A program made the position numbers and the translations under genes. A stretch of DNA of 32,000 nucleotides from Pseudomonas aeruginosa (GTDB lineage Bacteria; Pseudomonadota; Gammaproteobacteria; Pseudomonadales; Pseudomonadaceae): assembly GCF_001457615.1 (NCBI RefSeq), contig NZ_LN831024.1, forward strand, positions 3,120,001 through 3,152,000, given 5' to 3'. The notes under the pieces are model-generated. The model worked only from the letters and a program-made list of their open reading frames with translations, was not told where the DNA came from and did no database searches. Shown one piece after another: positions 30,532 to 32,000 of the stretch (position 1 is the stretch's first letter; each line of letters starts with the position of its first letter).

Positions 30532-30662
30532 CGGCGTTGTATCTCGCTGTAGCGCAGGGCACCGCAACGCAGGCAGCGCTCGCAGTCGAAGGTTTCCTCA
30601 CCCAGTCGCAACGCCGGTTGCCGGCACCAGTCGCAACCGCCTATCAGGCAACGCAAGGTCAT
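30528..30662 (-). CDS. candidate 44-aa zinc-ribbon-like mini-protein, not present in the supplied ORF track
   Basis: My own translation: MTLRCLIGGCDWCRQPALRLGEETFDCERCLRCGALRYSEIQRR. The Cys pattern is CxxC-13-CxxC plus two further Cys. A GGGAGGA RBS lies 5 nt upstream of the ATG at c(30660-30662). The stop overlaps the MgtC-like ATG (ATGA). Several rare codons (ATA, TTG, CAA) lower my confidence. Confidence 0.4.
   Translation of the reverse strand: MTLRCLIGGCDWCRQPALRLGEETFDCERCLRCGALRYSEIQRR
30602..30637. repeat. 11-bp direct repeat CCAGTCGCAAC (two copies, 25-bp period)
   Basis: Copies lie at 30602-30612 and 30627-30637, read directly from the sequence. Both are inside the mini-ORF but fall in different codon phases. 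The intervening GGTTGCCGG / GCAAC segments can pair with either copy through 5-6 bp stems. Confidence 0.6.
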
Positions 30663-30758
30663 CCGGGTCCTCCCGCCGAATCGCTCGGCCAGCCGCCCTT
30701 TCCAGCTGTGACCGACGAGACGACGGGAAGGTGCGATCGGATTCGCCAGCGGCGCTCC

Positions 30759-32000
30759 TCAGGCGGGGATCGCCTTGGTCGCCGCCTCGCGCTGCCAGAT
30801 CCGGTGCTGCATCAATGCCTGGCGCAGGCCGGGGAAGACATCGGTGGCCGTGGCGCCGAGCACCACGCCGGGGTCGCCAGGCAACGAAAGCTGGCTGGCC
30901 AGCGCCTGGGCATCGCCGGCGAAGGCCACTGGCTTCAGGTGCTTGTAGGCTTCCAGCAGGTAGTGCAGGCCGCGTCCGTCAGCGCCGATGGCCTGGCTGC
31001 TGGCCGCGCCGCCAGGCACGAAGACCGCGTCGAAGGCTACCGACGGCAGGCCGTCCCAGGTTCCCTCAGGGCTCAGTTCGGCGCCGTTTTCAGCCTGCAC
31101 CGGCGAAGCGCTGGGCGCGATCAGCTTGGCGTCCGCGCCCTCCTGGCGGAGCGCGTCGCGCAGGTCGCTGACGTCGCTCTCGGCGACGCCGTCGGCGATC
31201 AGGATCGCCACCTTGCGCGAACGGATGTCGCCGGACAGCAGGTTCATCTGGCTCAGCGCCGGCGACGGCTTCGGCTGCGGTGCCGGGTTGGCCGGCGCGG
31301 CGAGCTGCACACCGACGTTCGCCGCGACCCTGGCGGCCAGTTGCGGATCGATGTTGAGGAGTATCTGGTTGACTTCGCGCTCACGGATCGATTGCCGCTC
31401 GACCTTGGACAGTTCGAAGCTGTAGGCGGCGACGATATGCGCCTGCTCGGCCTCGCTCATGCTGTGCCAGAACAATGCGGCCTGGCTGAAATGATCGGCG
31501 AAGGAGTCGGCGCGCTTGCGCAGCTTGCTGCCGCTGACCGGCTCGTGGTAGGTGGAGAAGCCGCCGTTGCGCGCCGCCGGCGGGGTTTCCTTCGGCCAGC
31601 CGCCGTCGATCGAGTTCGGTTCATAGGAAGCCCGGCCGCGGTTGATGGTCTGCCGGTGCGGCGCGTCGCGCTGGTTGTTGTGGAACGGACACAGCGGGCG
31701 GTTGATCGGGATTTCGTTGAAGTTCGGCCCGCTCAGGCGCAGCAGTTGGGTGTCGGTATAGGAGAACAGCCGACCCTGCAACAGCGGGTCGTTGGTGAAG
31801 TCGATTCCGGGGACCACGTGGCCGACGTGGAACGCCACCTGTTCGGTCTCGGCGAAGAAATTGTCGGGGTTGCGGTTGAGTACCATCCGCCCCACCACCC
31901 TTACCGGCACCAACTCCTCGGGCACCAGCTTGGTGGGGTCGAGCAGGTCGAAGTCGAAGCTGTCCTGCTGGTTCTCCGGGATCACCTGCAGGCCCAGCTC
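30759..32000 (-). CDS. katE: large-subunit catalase HPII, C-terminal ~413 aa; the N-terminus lies beyond the window end
   Basis: Contains [54 protein letters not shown] plus a C-terminal flavodoxin/DJ-1-like domain ([11 protein letters not shown]). The frame stays open upstream to position 32000 (..[12 protein letters not shown]). The M in the track is a GTG codon internal to the gene. Confidence 0.92.
   Translation of the reverse strand, partial: ELGLQVIPENQQDSFDFDLLDPTKLVPEELVPVRVVGRMVLNRNPDNFFAETEQVAFHVGHVVPGIDFTNDPLLQGRLFSYTDTQLLRLSGPNFNEIPINRPLCPFHNNQRDAPHRQTINRGRASYEPNSIDGGWPKETPPAARNGGFSTYHEPVSGSKLRKRADSFADHFSQAALFWHSMSEAEQAHIVAAYSFELSKVERQSIREREVNQILLNIDPQLAARVAANVGVQLAAPANPAPQPKPSPALSQMNLLSGDIRSRKVAILIADGVAESDVSDLRDALRQEGADAKLIAPSASPVQAENGAELSPEGTWDGLPSVAFDAVFVPGGAASSQAIGADGRGLHYLLEAYKHLKPVAFAGDAQALASQLSLPGDPGVVLGATATDVFPGLRQALMQHRIWQREAATKAIPA

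Overview
High-GC (~67%) chromosomal segment of Pseudomonas aeruginosa type. From memory, the gene order matches the PAO1 stress region from katE (PA2147) to about PA2172, in inverted orientation; these locus tags are unverified. I support 28 protein-coding genes, one frameshifted gene and one unlisted mini-ORF. I saw no rRNA, tRNA, CRISPR array, IS element or integrase. The core is two alpha-glucan/trehalose operons. One is glgA-treZ-malQ-treY-DUF2934-glgX (+, 4957-15534). The other is glgE-treS/pep2-glgB (-, 28736-21234). Together they encode the GlgE-type trehalose/alpha-glucan cycle, and no glgC is present in the window. Between them lie a CBS-pair gene and a tightly coupled chain: Zn-dehydrogenase, DUF72 (frameshifted here), then ybhP-clsB-ybhN, a lipid-remodelling operon syntenic with E. 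coli. The left flank (-, 1-4589) holds poorly characterised stress-type genes: an M42 peptidase, a hemerythrin, a PLDc_N mini membrane protein, a PA2169-family four-helix bundle, an alpha/beta hydrolase, DUF3182, an acidic Pro-rich mini-ORF and a DUF1652-like protein. The right flank (-) holds a Ku operon (zinc-ribbon mini-ORF, MgtC-like, 80-aa protein, Ku) and the 3' part of katE. The most noteworthy observations are these. (1) A 1-bp frameshift splits the DUF72 gene at about 17591-17595. (2) An unlisted 44-aa CxxC...CxxC mini-ORF is ATGA-coupled to the MgtC-like gene at the head of the Ku operon, and it contains an 11-bp direct repeat. (3) A cassette of mini-ORF, DUF3182 (ATP-grasp-like) and S9-like hydrolase could be an undescribed peptide- or solute-modifying module. 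(4) A DUF2934 protein with a histone-like tail is embedded in the glucan operon. (5) An AT-rich, repeat-bearing control region with a GGA-rich leader lies upstream of glgA. (6) Two convergent operons have stop codons separated by a single nucleotide. All homology statements come from my own reading of the translated sequences; no database search was run.
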